In this document: in pieces, positions 10,651 through 23,345 of the stretch | Position numbering within the stretch: the stretch's first letter is position 1 | Layout: every line of letters begins with the position of its first letter | Assembly: GCA_051453625.1 (NCBI GenBank) | Contig: JBOZIK010000001.1 | Coordinates: 151,937 to 190,708 of the forward strand | Length of the DNA: 38,772 nucleotides | Direction: 5' to 3' | DNA from: Welwitschia mirabilis | Lineage: Eukaryota | The notes under the pieces: model-generated | Seen by the model: the letters and a program-made list of their open reading frames with translations, nothing else | The model's database searches: none | Told to the model about the DNA's origin: nothing | Program-made: the position numbers and the translations under genes

Positions 10651-10725
10651 TAGACATATCTTCAAATCTAGATAACATTTTCTAATTTTTATAACTTTTA
10701 ATAATGTATTCTAATGTAAGACAAG
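9122..10725. repeat. Tandem duplication (9122-9845 vs 9946-10725) flanking a 100-N gap, with internal sub-repeats
   Basis: Both copies start ttacatcttattttt and end ctaatgtaagacaag. Internal repeats of tatgataactccttttagattagtcatag. Confidence 0.9.
10332..10360. repeat. Compound microsatellite (CT)n(TG)n(TA)n
   Basis: ctctctcta tgtgtgtgtg tatatatata next to a short N gap. Confidence 0.8.
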
Positions 10726-12448
10726 CTTCTTCATGTCTTTAGATGTACAATTTTCTTCATCTATCATTTTAATCAATTGTGTACTTTGCATTGTTAAACC
10801 TTCATAGAAAACACTCATTATTTTCTATTCTATAAAACCATATTTAGGGAATTTCATCCATAGATCTACAAAGTGTTTAAATTATTTGTAGAAAAGCTCA
10901 TTATCATGTTATTATAAATCCAGAACCTTATGTCAACTTATTAGTTTTATGTGCTCAAAACATTTCTTCAAAAGTTTACAATTAAGATCGCTTCATAATC
11001 TAATTATCAAAGGTTTTAAGAAATGTAGCAAGAGTATACTTTTTATTTCAAAGAAAGGAGAAATAATTTCATACTTTTTACAATTAAGATCTCTTCCTAA
11101 TCTAATTAGCAAAGGTTTTAAGAGATCGTGTTTTCTTTGAGGATCTTTTTGCTTTCTCTAAAAAGATCTTGATAAGCTTCAATCAGACTTTCATACTCTT
11201 CCTTGTCATCTTCCACATTTTTTTTCAATAGATGTTGGTTCATCCTCTTTAAAATTAGAGAACCAATATTCTTCTTCATCACTATCTTTTTTATGTGTAG
11301 TTTTTGAAACATTTCTCAAATTTAACTTATGAGGGTTAGATAAATCTAATTCAAAATTATCATTTACCTTTATGATGAGGGCCATGTTAGGAGAGGTAAA
11401 GATCATAAGAGATAACCTCTTACAATCATGAGAGTCTTTCTTTTTAGACTAATCACTATCCTAAATATCCATGTTACATTTTTCTCTAGGGTTCATTAAT
11501 TCTTTCTTTTTCTTGTTGTTTGGACACTTAGCTATCATGTGTTCAAGCTCTTTATGAGCATAACATTGAATCCCTTTCTCTATAGAGTTGCCCTTGGATT
11601 TTGAGAAGAATGTACTATCTTCTCTTTTGTTTCTCCATTTCTTATTTATCAACATGTTCTTAAATTTTCTAATAGACAATGCTAATTATTCATCCATATC
11701 AGAATCAAAATCAGAGGACCTAAATCTAGGAGAGTCATCTTTGTTAGTATGTTTATAAGAAGAAACCTGTTTAGCATTGAGAGCCATACCTTTGCCCTAT
11801 ATGCCTTTGTGAAATGCCTTAATTCAAATGTCAAAATGTCACTTACCAATTCTTCAAGCTTGATGTTTTCAATGTCCTTTATGCCTTCAATTAATAGGAC
11901 TTTGTTTTCATAAGCTTTTGGTAGAGACATCAAGATCTTCTTAGTGATTTACCTAGATTTGAGAGGTTCTCTAAGGCCCTAAAGACCATTGATAATGTCG
12001 ATCAATTTACTATTGAATTTGGTAAATTTTTCATCATCTTGCATTCGAATTTCCTCAAATTGTGTTATGAGAGTTTGCTTCTTAGTCTTCTTAAGCTAAT
12101 TAGTGCATTCATATAATACCTGCAAGTAATCCCATATATCTTTAGCAATAGAAAACTTTCTTACTTTTTTGTAATCCTCTACATTGAGACCATAATCAAT
12201 AGCAATCATTGTCTTCTTATTGAACTAGCTTGACCTTTCTCTTTGTCATTCCAGGTGCTCCTTGGTTTAACAACAAACGTAGTGACTCCATTATTTATTT
12301 AATGCTCCATAGGAGGGGATATGCCTTCTTCCATCATAGTCCAATAGTTAAAGCTCATAGCTTCAATGAATACTTGCATCCTTATCTTCTAAAATTCATA
12401 ATTTGCACCGATGACGTAATAAGGATAGTTGATTGATTAACCTTCCAT
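10655..12448 (-). pseudogene. Degenerate Sirevirus-like gag
   Basis: ATG at 12448; ORF fragments 11682-11933, 11461-11679, 11206-11406 and 11118-11312; many stops. Confidence 0.85.
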
Positions 12449-12499
12449 GATGTTTACTTTGTTAAGCAATGAAATACTAGCAAAAGTACATATTCTAAA

Positions 12500-12511
12500 G
12501 CTCTAGTACCA
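12500..12511 (-). promoter_or_regulatory. Degenerate tRNA-iMet primer-binding site
   Basis: Reverse complement TGGTACTAGAGC vs TGGTATCAGAGC, 2 nt from the LTR terminus. Confidence 0.75.
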
Positions 12512-12513
12512 AT

Positions 12514-13622
12514 TGTTAGGATTGGCTACCCTAGAGGGAAGAGGAAAATAGGATAGCTTAAGTAACATTTTGTAATTCTATAACTTATCAATTTGTTTGT
12601 ACAATTTACATTGCATATATATTATCCAACTTCTAAATTTAATTCAAAAACGACAATAATTTAAACAATTAACTAAAGATATAATGACTTAAGCTCATGA
12701 TTTTAACTTAAATAAATAAAGCAATAAGCACAAGAAGATAGAAAACAAGCCTATTTTCCTTTATTTTCAATTCAGCCTTCAACTTCACATTAATGGGATT
12801 TTACGGTTGTCCTCCATTAATACAACAAGACTTTTTAGTAAACCTTAGCCTCAAGTCCAAGTTAAATCCTTGGATTGATGTTAAAATTAAGTAAAAAGAT
12901 GTATGAGAAGGATAGTAATACAATTTAGTAAGAATGATAACAATTCAAATACAATGTAGATGTGATAAAAGATGTGAATCTATACAACAACTTAATTATT
13001 TATATAAGAACGTTTATAGCTATTGTGGGGTGTACATATCACATATATGTTATTAGCAAACTTGAGAATAACTAGTTGACTTACCTAGATAAAGCTTTAA
13101 TGGTTGCCAATAGTCTATAACAGCTATTTTTCCATTATCCGTTCGATTGATAATCAAGCCCTTCAAGTGGTAGTCAACCCCTTATCTTATGTTGTCCTTC
13201 TAAGATAGGATCATAGTCGCATAGTCGATCCTAAGTATAGAGCTAATTGACTGCAAGCATCATGTTTGCATGTAGTTCATAGATGATCGACCCCTTCATA
13301 TGACTAGTTGATCAAGGTGGTTAACTCCCTTAACATAAGAGGTTGACCTGTTGCTGTCTTGGTTAATTTCTTAGAAGCATCATGTAGTTGACTCCCTGGG
13401 GAATGTCAGTCAACCGCTTGATCATTTTTTGCCAAATCGATTATTCTTTAAATTCTGATTTTCTAGTTGTTTAGTTTGACTTCATGAATATTTGCTTATG
13501 ATTCAATGCAAGCTCTATATTAGCTTCAATGAAATATCTTTTTAGCCTATAAACAACTTCATTTTATTAGTTCATAAGATAGTATTTAATGTGTCACTAA
13601 TAGATAACTATGAGGCGCAACA
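12514..13622 (-). repeat. 5' LTR of the Sirevirus-like element (~1.1 kb; outer end tentative)
   Basis: Starts TGTTAGG next to the PBS; candidate end ...gcgcAACA at 13622; internal cluster of decayed GTCGAC-like palindromes. Confidence 0.65.
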
Positions 13623-13749
13623 TCATTTACTTATTAGATTAAACCAATTACACTACACACTAGGCTATTTTTAAGTTTATTAAAGATTTGACTTAAAAGA
13701 ATCTATTATATAAACTTTTAATCTATGAATATCATTTTATATATAAATT

Positions 13750-14660
13750 GTGGATAAAGGTCATGAAAAAGAAATATCTCTACAATGAGATGTCTTTTAA
13801 AAATTGCACTTAACTTATCCATGCATCTTCTTTATAGAGTGGATTTGAAAAGATAAAGAATTCATACTTTAGCCACTATAAGGAAGATGTAGGAGAATAT
13901 AAGGTTAGTAAAGCTTATAACATTATTCATCGCCCCAAGCATATTCTTAATAAGGAATGATTAGTAAGTTTTTTTTTTAAACTTCCAAAGCATTAATTTT
14001 TTTAAATCTTGCTTCATAAACTTGCCACTAAGAATTACTTAAGAAGCAATGGAGTTAATGTATCATAAGAATGACTCTTTTATGGAAATAATGAGGATGA
14101 CTTACACTTGTTTCTTAGTTGCAAGTACTCTAATGAAATATTGATCTAAATCAACTCGCTAGTAGGAAAGAGAAGGGAGGTGATTCAATTAAGGAGATAC
14201 ATGAAAAATGAAAGGTGTAGAACAATGATAGAAATAAATAAATAAACTAGAAGATGCTATTAATAGTGATATGGTTTGCGCTATGACGGGATGGAATAAT
14301 AAATGTTTCAAAACCAAAAGAGATAGAATTTTATCTCCATGGGACTGCATTCTCTAGAAGTGGAGGCACATTCTTTAAGTGAGAATGGAAATAGCTTGAA
14401 ATTTAGTCTACAAGTGAAATGAAGTGTAGTGAACCGATTAGCATGGATTTTATAGCCATTTTAGAGTTTAGCAAGAGTTTTAAAAAAGGAACACTTTTAT
14501 TATGTCTTATTTATTTATTGTTTAATCTTTAACGTTTGTAACATAATGTAGTCCTTTTATTCTAACTTATGTAAACTTATCTAGGACCTTCCATCTCTTG
14601 GAAGGCATTCAAATCTATCTGTTCTTGTCAACTTTGTAACCCTTTAATGAAAAAAGGGTT
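13750..14660 (+). mobile_element. L1-type LINE 3' fragment (zf-RVT domain + 3' UTR)
   Basis: GEYKVSKAYNII...PKH...HKLATKNYLRSNGVNV...NEDDLHLFLSCKYSNEI. Short A-run ttaatgaaaaaa at ~14645-14656. Confidence 0.8.
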
Positions 14661-15549
14661 TTTAAGTTTAATTTAAAAATTTTATTATATAAATAATTTT
14701 ACCTGGATAAATATAAAATTTAATCTAAGTGATTTAACTTAAATGTTGAAGGAAGAAAATTTTCATTTTAAAAAGATTTTTGAATTTTCCAGTATCTAAT
14801 TCACTACTAGATAATTTTCTTTGATTTCCCTTCTCTTTATTTATTTTTAAAAATCATACTTTTTCTTTTAAATATCATGATCCTTAATATTATTAACTAA
14901 TCCTTCAAATTTTAATAGTTCTAAGTCAAAATTAATATAAAACCTTGTCTTTTAACATATTTCTTACATGCTAGGAGGGCGTAATGCCACATAGCAAAGT
15001 CTTGTTTAGTGTGGGCATTGGATAAATATCTTGTTTAACCCTATAGGCTAGCTAAACATCATTGGATATATTTTAGAGATGTTCTTAGAATGGTTTCAAG
15101 GAAGCATTTGGTTTTTCCTTTTCTTTTCTTTTCTTTTTACCTTGTTCGTCCTTTACCAAGTTTTTAACTTAGGAGACTCAAATGTTTTGAAAATATTTAT
15201 TACTTGTAAAGGATTTTCACCATCTTCGAATGTATCCTTTAGACTTCTAGAGTGTTTAAGTGGATTTTTGAGTCTTGGACTCAAGATTTCCAATATTTCC
15301 TAAGATTTATATGTTGTTTTTGAGGGACCTATCTAAATATTTGAACATTTTTATTCATAAATTTTTTATGTAAATTTTTGCTTTTAAATTTAGGTTTTTT
15401 AACCTCTTAGTAGAAATCATACTCTTTATTATCTTTTTTTTCCCTTTAAACTTCTTTTAAGATCATTTTTAATGAAATTGAAATTAAAATTAAGGATCTA
15501 TAAACAAAACAAGTATATATGACACCATCTAAATATGTCATCTATAAAG

Positions 15550-16620
15550 TTACCCAAAGTTCTGGGTAAGTAAAACTTGAAACAATTCAACCAAATATGG
15601 GTTTTAATATCCTTGTTATTTCATATGTTATATGTTGAAGCACATTAAAATAAGATTTGATATTCATCTTCAATAAGACTTTTGTCACAAAGTCAACACA
15701 TTTGCTCTTCTAGATTGATTTAAAACCATCTTCTTGTTTTAGTCATGAAATAACTACATTCCATTCTTACCCTACTAATTTCAACCTACAAATGAAAGAG
15801 AATAATAGTAGTTAGAGAATCTACCTTTGCAGAAATGCCATATCCAATGTTGTTTAAATAAAGTTCCTTCTTTCCTTTTGTGTTTTCTAAAATTATTAAA
15901 AGTGCCTTTCTTTTATAAATATTTAAAATTATTTAAGGTAACAATGAATTTTTTTACCTTAAATATTCATTTTGAAGTCAAATGTTTCCCTAACAAAACC
16001 AAACTTTGCTTGAAGCACATAAAACACTCTTTAAAAAATTTATCAATAGCGGAATTCAAGTTATTATGGATATAACCTATAAAATGACAAATAGCTTCTC
16101 CTTTTGATGGCATTTATTTAGCTTTAAAATCATAATGCAATATTGCGTTACATGTTTTACCTTAAAATTATTTTAAAAATAACTATTTTAATCTTTCTTT
16201 ATTATATTTTAATGTATATTTTCTAATTTAGGGACCAAAACACATAACCATATAGAACTATTAGTTGAGTCTTAACACAAAAAAGGTTGTTTATAAATAT
16301 CCCCATACAAAATTGCCTTTTTTCACATTTTATGTTTTAAGAAAAATAAGGTTTTCAGATCTCTAATAATTTTTTGGATGATGCACTTATTCCATCTCTA
16401 ATTTTTAGATCATTTCAAATTCAAGTATTTATGGGATGAAGTAATTTCAACCTATGCATCATCTATTTGAAAAGCAAAATTGGTATTATGATGGCACAAA
16501 TCATAACTTCAACCTTTTTTAACTTTAGTGTTCATTCTAGACTAGTGGCAAAAATATCCAAAATATAGCATATGTTGTAAACATTTCTTTAATTAAGAAA
16601 TCAATGCAACATCATATTTT
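15550..16620 (-). mobile_element. RTE/RTEX-like LINE, RT C-terminal remnant
   Basis: Minus strand: FQIDDA*VEITSSHKYLNL...RWNKCI (YKYLG motif), IVLYGYVFW (LYG.EVW motif), TKTRRWF..LEEQMC*LCDKSLIEDEYQILF*CASTY (ETGRW...C..C....EDE.H....C..Y motif). Confidence 0.7.
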
Positions 16621-17152
16621 TCCTATTTCAAATTCCAATAATCTTATAATGTTTTTCAAATAAATGTTGTTTCTTCTTAATTTTAATTTAACTTTTATAC
16701 AGTTTAAACACTTTAAGTTTACACTATTAAATTTTGACTTTGAAGAAAATTTTGATGAAGGGAATATTTGTTTTTCTTTAAAATATTTCCTTTCAGAATT
16801 GGAGTTAACTTAATAAAGGGAGTAAAGTCTTATAAGTAGTAAATGTAGAGAATAAGATAAATTTAGCTAAAGAGGGTAAATCATCCTTCAAGATGATAAA
16901 GACAAGTTTATGAGAAGAAGGAAGAGAAGGATTTATCTTGATGACATTACTTTAATGGATCTATATTATAATCAAGAATATGAGAGATCTGAAGGGGATG
17001 TTAATCTCCTTTTTCCTTATATTTAGTTCATATCACTTTTTTGAGTAACATACAATTACATATCTTGGTTTTTTTAACTCTTTTCTATTAAAATATGATA
17101 ATTGATAATAGTTCATAGCATTTATCAAAGAAATTTCATGGTGGTAGTCCAC

Positions 17153-18101
17153 TAATGGGTGCTTATGTGATGAATTAATTGTAGAACATGTTACAAAATA
17201 ATATTAGATAATATAAAATAATAATGAAAAAATGCAAAAACTATGCTACTGTTAACCTAAAATGAGCTTACACTATTAAATGAAAATAATCAAAGGCTTA
17301 CTAAAGAACTAGTTAAGATTCAACAATTTTGTTCAAAATGCATTATCACGATAGGCTCATGATAAAGTTACTTGAACTAGTTAAGGTAGTTTATTACTGC
17401 TAAATTACTATGTACATATATTATACTAGGGGGAATGAAAAAAGTAGTAAAACCTGATAGAGGTTAAATGAGATGCTAGATAATACTTATTTCTAAGTAT
17501 TATTAATTATCCTGGTTTATGATCACCTACACAAACAAGAGGAAATAGAAATAATAGTACTTTTTTAAGTAATAGGACATGCACACAATGATATTCAAAT
17601 ATTCTTTTCAGCTTTATATTGAAAAACTAATTGTTACATAAAGATGCGCTAAGGCTTGTGTTCTCCTTTGCAGGTAACATTTTGAAGTATGAAAAATGCT
17701 GCTGCACCCTTTGTAGGATAGCTGGAGCCCCCTTTCTTAACCTTCTTACTTAGCCTATTCCTAGAACGTTTTGCCAAAAAGATCCCCATCAAATATATCC
17801 TTGTTTAATTTTCTGTTTCCATTCTTTTCTCCTTAGGAATAGGTATATGGTTGAGGATGTCACTGCTTTTTTGCCATCTGCCATCTTAACCTTCTATCTC
17901 ATCTTCATGCTACATGACATCCCATACTTGAAACATAATAATAAAATATACATACTATCCTACTAACATACTAGCTAACTAACCTGTTGATTAGTACATA
18001 TACTGATTAAAAAAAACATTTATTATTATTTAAATGACATAATTAAGATAATGAAAACACTTCCTTAATAAGTAAGATTTACATCAAAATTATCCTCATT
18101 A
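17153..18101 (-). repeat. Gypsy LTR 1 (3' LTR of unit 1)
   Basis: TAATG...CATTA termini (decayed TGATG...CATCA); homologous throughout to 30639-31565; adjacent to a PPT. Confidence 0.9.
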
Positions 18102-18118
18102 GTGCCCCCAAGCTTAAG
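18102..18118 (-). promoter_or_regulatory. Polypurine-tract region (Athila-type TAAGCTTGGGGG)
   Basis: Reverse complement CTTAAGCTTGGGGGCAC immediately precedes LTR 1. Confidence 0.8.
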
Positions 18119-18299
18119 GGTTTTGTTAATTCCTTAATAAACAAATATATACAAAAGAGAGAAATAGAGAAACTCATCATTTTCCTCTTCACTTTTTGAA
18201 AACAAAAGGATGCTTCTCATAGGATTCCAATCCCTTTCTTTTTTTAGCTAATTAGATAAACTATTTTTTCTTTTCTAAGGTAACTACTTTAGATTTTAA

Positions 18300-21200
18300 T
18301 TCTAATTTGTTGACCAATTAGGTGGATTGTTTTTCCTTTTCCAAAGTAGACAAATTTTTCTTTCTTCCTACTAAAGAACAAGATCATTTAAATATATGGT
18401 ATTTATCTTTATCTACTCTAAACCTACCTTTCTACCCTAACCTCTACCTTGTGGAGGAGCTTTTAGATATTTTGTTCTTCTCTCTTCCTTTTAGGAGCTA
18501 TAGGACATTTTCTTAGGAGCATTAGGTCATACATTCTAGTTCTAGAGTTGTTTCAACTTGCAGTTCCAGTTTTGAAGTTGTCCCAAGGGGAAGTATATAT
18601 ATTTTAAAAGAATCCATATTTTTTAATTTTAGAAAAATATCCATGGAAGTGCCTCTTAGCATAGTCATTTTCTATATAGTTTGATCTTTAAAAGAATATA
18701 ATTGCTAAAAATACTAAGAGAACATGACTGAAACTTTAACATCAGATTTATACTCTTCTAATATCCTACAAGATTTTAGTTATATTGTTATTCAAAAAAT
18801 TCTTAAATTCTATCATATCTTTGAATAATCTCAATCCTTCATTCTTTAATNNNNNNNNNNNNNNNNNNNNNNNNNNNNNNNNNNNNNNNNNNNNNNNNNN
18901 NNNNNNNNNNNNNNNNNNNNNNNNNNNNNNNNNNNNNNNNNNNNNNNNNNCTCTTCTCATTTTGAAAACAAAAGGATGCTTCTCAGTAGATTTTGATTCA
19001 CTTCTTTTCTTGGTCGATTGAACAAATTGTTTTTCATGTTTTAAGGCAACTAATTTTTTTTTTTTTTTAATTTTTCTTAAAGAGCAGGATCATTTAAATC
19101 TATGGTCTCTACTTTTGTCTGCTATAGAGCTGTCTTTCTGCCCTAGCCTCTATCTCATGGAGGAGATTTTGGCTATTTTGGTTTTCCTCTTTTTCTTTTA
19201 GGAGCTAAAGGAACTTTTGCTTTGGGACTTCGAGGTGCATGTTCTAGTTCTAAAGTTGCCCTAACTTGTAGTCCTAGTCTTGAAGTTCATCCAAGGGGAA
19301 CTATATACATTTCAAAATAATCTTTATTCTTTAATTTTAAAAAAATATTCGTGAAAGTGCCTCTTAGTGTAGTCATGTTTTGTAGAATCTAGTCTTTAAA
19401 GAAATATAATTATTGAAAATCCTGAGAGGACATGATAAAAACTTTGACATTAGATTTACNNNNNNNNNNNNNNNNNNNNNNNNNNNNNNNNNNNNNNNNN
19501 NNNNNNNNNNNNNNNNNNNNNNNNNNNNNNNNNNNNNNNNNNNNNNNNNNNNNNNNNNNTTTTCATGTTCTAAGGCAGTTAATTTTTTTTTTTTATTTCC
19601 TCTTAAAGAGTAGGATCATTTAAATCTATGGTCTCTACTTCTGTCTGCTCTATAGCTGTCTTTCTGCCCTAGCCTCTACCTCATGGAGGAGATTTTGGCT
19701 ATTTTGGTTTTCCTCTTTTTCTTTTAGAAGCTAAAGGAACTTTTGCTTGGGGACTTTGGGGTGCATGTTCTAGCTCTAAAGTTGCCCTAAATTGTAGTCC
19801 TAGTCTTGAAGTTCATCCAAGGGGAACTATATATATTTCAAAAGAATATTTATTCTTTAATTTCAAAAAAATATTCGTGAAAGTGCCTCTTAGTGTAGTC
19901 ATGTTTTGTAGAATCTAATCTTTAAAGAAATATAATTATTAAAATTCCTGAGAGGACATGATAAAAACTTTGACATTAGATTCATACTCTTTTAGTATCC
20001 TATAAAATTTGGTTACAGTGTTATTCAAAAAATTCTTGAATTCTCTTGTAGAAGCTTCATCTCCTTTTTAAATAATCTCAATCCTCAATAACTTAATATC
20101 TCTTTTACAATTGTCAAAAATATGGCTCAGCTTTGATCATGCCCCATAAGTTTTCTGAAAATACTTTTCAAATGTTCATCGAATCTATTAATGAAGTCAT
20201 ATAACTTTTAGCAGTAGTAGTTAAGGCTACATAGCACAACTAATTCTTCATGCTTGAACCCAATTCATTTACGTAAGTTCACTTTCATAAGACGAAGATC
20301 ATGAAGTAATCTTATAATTTTGTTTTTCAAATTTTGGATAATAAGTTGGATAGACTTAGGGCTTATTATCATATTATGCTTCTTTAACTTAGCATGAGAT
20401 TATTTCAGAGCATTAATAATACTTAACTTTATTCTATCCTTCATCTCACTAGTCAGAGTNNNNNNNNNNNNNNNNNNNNNNNNNNNNNNNNNNNNNNNNN
20501 NNNNNNNNNNNNNNNNNNNNNNNNNNNNNNNNNNNNNNNNNNNNNNNNNNNNNNNNNNNGGCTTATTATCATATTATGCTTCTTTAACTTAGCATGAGAT
20601 TATTTCAAAGCATTAATAATACTTAACTTTATTCTATCCTTCATCTCACCGGTCAGAGTTAAAGAAGTTAAGAGAGTGCCCTGGATTGAACTTGTTGCTT
20701 TTATGTTTTCCTTCTTTATTTTTGATGATAATTTTTTAATTAAGAAATCATGTGGAGATTGATTAGAAGGGCTTACCTCTCACATTCGATTCTTGATAGC
20801 CTTATTTTTTCCCCATTATCTAATCTATGACTCTCTTAGTTACTCCTAAAAAGGACTGATAGTATCCAAAAGAATTATGAGCTTCAAGCCATTTATGTCT
20901 ATATTCTTAGACATATACATGAATCTTCATGAATTTTTTATTCATCCCCTACAGGTCTATGTAGATTTTATCTGAATATTCCCTATTCAGTGGTATATGC
21001 CCTTCATTATGCATGAATGTAATGAATTTCTGTTGGTGCTCTATGTATTGAGCATCATACTTCTNNNNNNNNNNNNNNNNNNNNNNNNNNNNNNNNNNNN
21101 NNNNNNNNNNNNNNNNNNNNNNNNNNNNNNNNNNNNNNNNNNNNNNNNNNNNNNNNNNNNNNNNTTTCTTCCCCATTATCTAATCTATGACTCTCTTAGT

Positions 21201-23150
21201 TACTTCTAAAAAGGACTGATAGTATCCAAAAGAATTATGGGCTTCAAGCCATTTATGTCTATATTCTTAGACATATACATGAATCTTCATGAATTTTTTA
21301 TTCATCCCCTGTACGTCTATGTAGATTTTATCTAAATATTCCCTATTCAGTGGTATATGCCCTTCATTGTGCATGAATGTAATGAATTTCTATTGGTGCT
21401 CTATGTATTGAGCATCATACTTCTTGCTTGAAGCCAAATTCTGCAATAAAGATACTAACATGTCTAACCTTTTCCTTAGAAGATTTTCTAATTCTCCCCT
21501 ATCTTTGGAAACAATCTCTAGCTCAGTAACGCATTAGTAATCTCTTTATAATTTCGTGCTAATATCTTTAAAATATTTAGAGAGCTAAATATTTTTTTCC
21601 TTATTGGTGATCTTGTAATGTAGCTTTTTGCTGTTTTCTTTTGCTTCATCTAACCTCTATTTCAAAACTTTTTATTTTGAATTTTTAAACCACCAAGTTG
21701 ATTTTGCAATGCTAAAAATTCATCCTTTCTATCTAAAAAAGTTTGAATTTCATCTTTAACTGAGTTCAAAGTACTATAGGGAATTTCCATCTTGTTTTTC
21801 TTTAGTGCATTGAAGAATTGATCAAACTAAAGCANNNNNNNNNNNNNNNNNNNNNNNNNNNNNNNNNNNNNNNNNNNNNNNNNNNNNNNNNNNNNNNNNN
21901 NNNNNNNNNNNNNNNNNNNNNNNNNNNNNNNNNNTTCTGCAATAAAGATACTAACATGTCTCACCTTTTCCTTAGAAGATTTTCTAATTCTCCCCTGTCT
22001 TTGGCAACAATCTCCAGCTCAACAATGCATTAGTAATCTCTTTGTAATTTCTTGCTAATATCTTTAAAAGATTTAGAGAGCTAAATATTTTCTTCCTTAT
22101 TGGTGATCTTGCAATGTAGCTTTTTGTTGTTTTCTTTTTCTTCATCTAACCTCTATTTTAAAACTTTTTATTTTGAATTTTTAAATCACCAACTTGATTC
22201 TGCAATGCTAAAACTTCATCCTTTCTACCTAAAAAATTTTGAATTTCATCTTTAACTAAGTTTAAAGCACTATAGGGAATTTCCATCTTATTTTTCTTTA
22301 GTGCATTGGAGAATTGATCAAACTAAAGCAAATGAGAAGATACAAGTTCTTTGAATGTAAATTGGGTTGGGTCTTAGGGTATGCTTGAGGAGGAAAATAA
22401 TGAAGGTAAACTTTAAGGGATAGAAGAGGATTCCCCTAGGCCCAGATGAGTGATCCTTTGTCCTAGAGTTCTTAGAAGACTTAATTCCTTAACTCCAAAT
22501 AGACTCTAAATAGTTGCTTCGACATTAGACTTATTAGGTTAGAATAAGACTTTATTTTTCCTTAATATTCAAGCTATTAAAAAGGGAAATCCTTGCCTTA
22601 CTATTTTTGAATCTCTGATTCTAACTTTATTCAATTTTATAATATGCCTTACTAATCCCAAAAATATTCTTGCTATAATATTCACATTAGTATGATTTAT
22701 CTTATCCTTCACTACTGCTATCATTTATAGGCCGGGTAATGTGATCCCTTTTTATTTGTGAAGGATAAAAAATTCTAGATCTATAACCTTATTCACTGGT
22801 ATGCTTTCCTGTATTTCCATCCTTCTCAACAAATGCATGCTTAGATTCATGTCTTTCTTTTTTTTGGTATCATTAATGGATTTTCCACTGGGTGGAAATG
22901 CAACATTTCTCTAATATCTTCTTGAGTAATTACTATTTTCTAATTTTTCATGGTTATTTTTAGTATATTTTTAGCATAATTTATTCTTAAATTCTTATAA
23001 AATTCATATATATATTCTAAGAAAAATAGGTCATTTAGAGTGAATCATTCATACCACCTCAACTCAATAATCCTCTATCTGAATTCTGTCAAGCAAGGAT
23101 TCGAAAGAACTTATGCAAAATTTAATGAAGAAATAGCCTTGCATTCTATC
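18300..23150 (-). pseudogene. Degenerate extra 3' ORF(s) of the gypsy element (env-like/Transposase_32-like N-terminus + coiled-coil-like region); span inflated by gap duplications
   Basis: Minus strand ~23060-22860: FLEYIYEF/YKNL...VITQEDIREMLH/PPSG; ~22700 INHTNVNIIARIFLG; then K/E-rich helical sequence (NLVKDEIQNFLGRKDEVLALQNQVGDLK). Homologue at 31700-33620. Confidence 0.6.
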
Positions 23151-23345
23151 AAAATTTTGCCATTGTAGGAGTTAGGTATGAAAAAATGTGCATAGAAGAG
23201 GAATTTTTATAATAAACAACCTTTAGAAAATAGCTAACTAAGTAAATATTTTCTTTTTAAGAATATAAGATGTCATTTTCACAAATTTAAAAATATTGCA
23301 GTCATTGAATTAATTCCACTCTCCCCTCACATGAAATTTGGTATG

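Larger units (their letters stand above)
10650..13622 (-). mobile_element. Sirevirus/Maximus-like Ty1/copia element, 5' part (LTR, PBS, long gag, truncated at the protease start)
   Basis: Gag start MEG*SINYPYYVIGANYEF*KIRMQVFIEA; SLPKAYENKVLLIEGIKDIENIKLEELVSDILTFE; zinc knuckle IQCYAHKELEHMIAKCPN; YLD protease start at ~10670. LTR end resembles CTAGAGGGGGG..AATAG. Confidence 0.85.
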
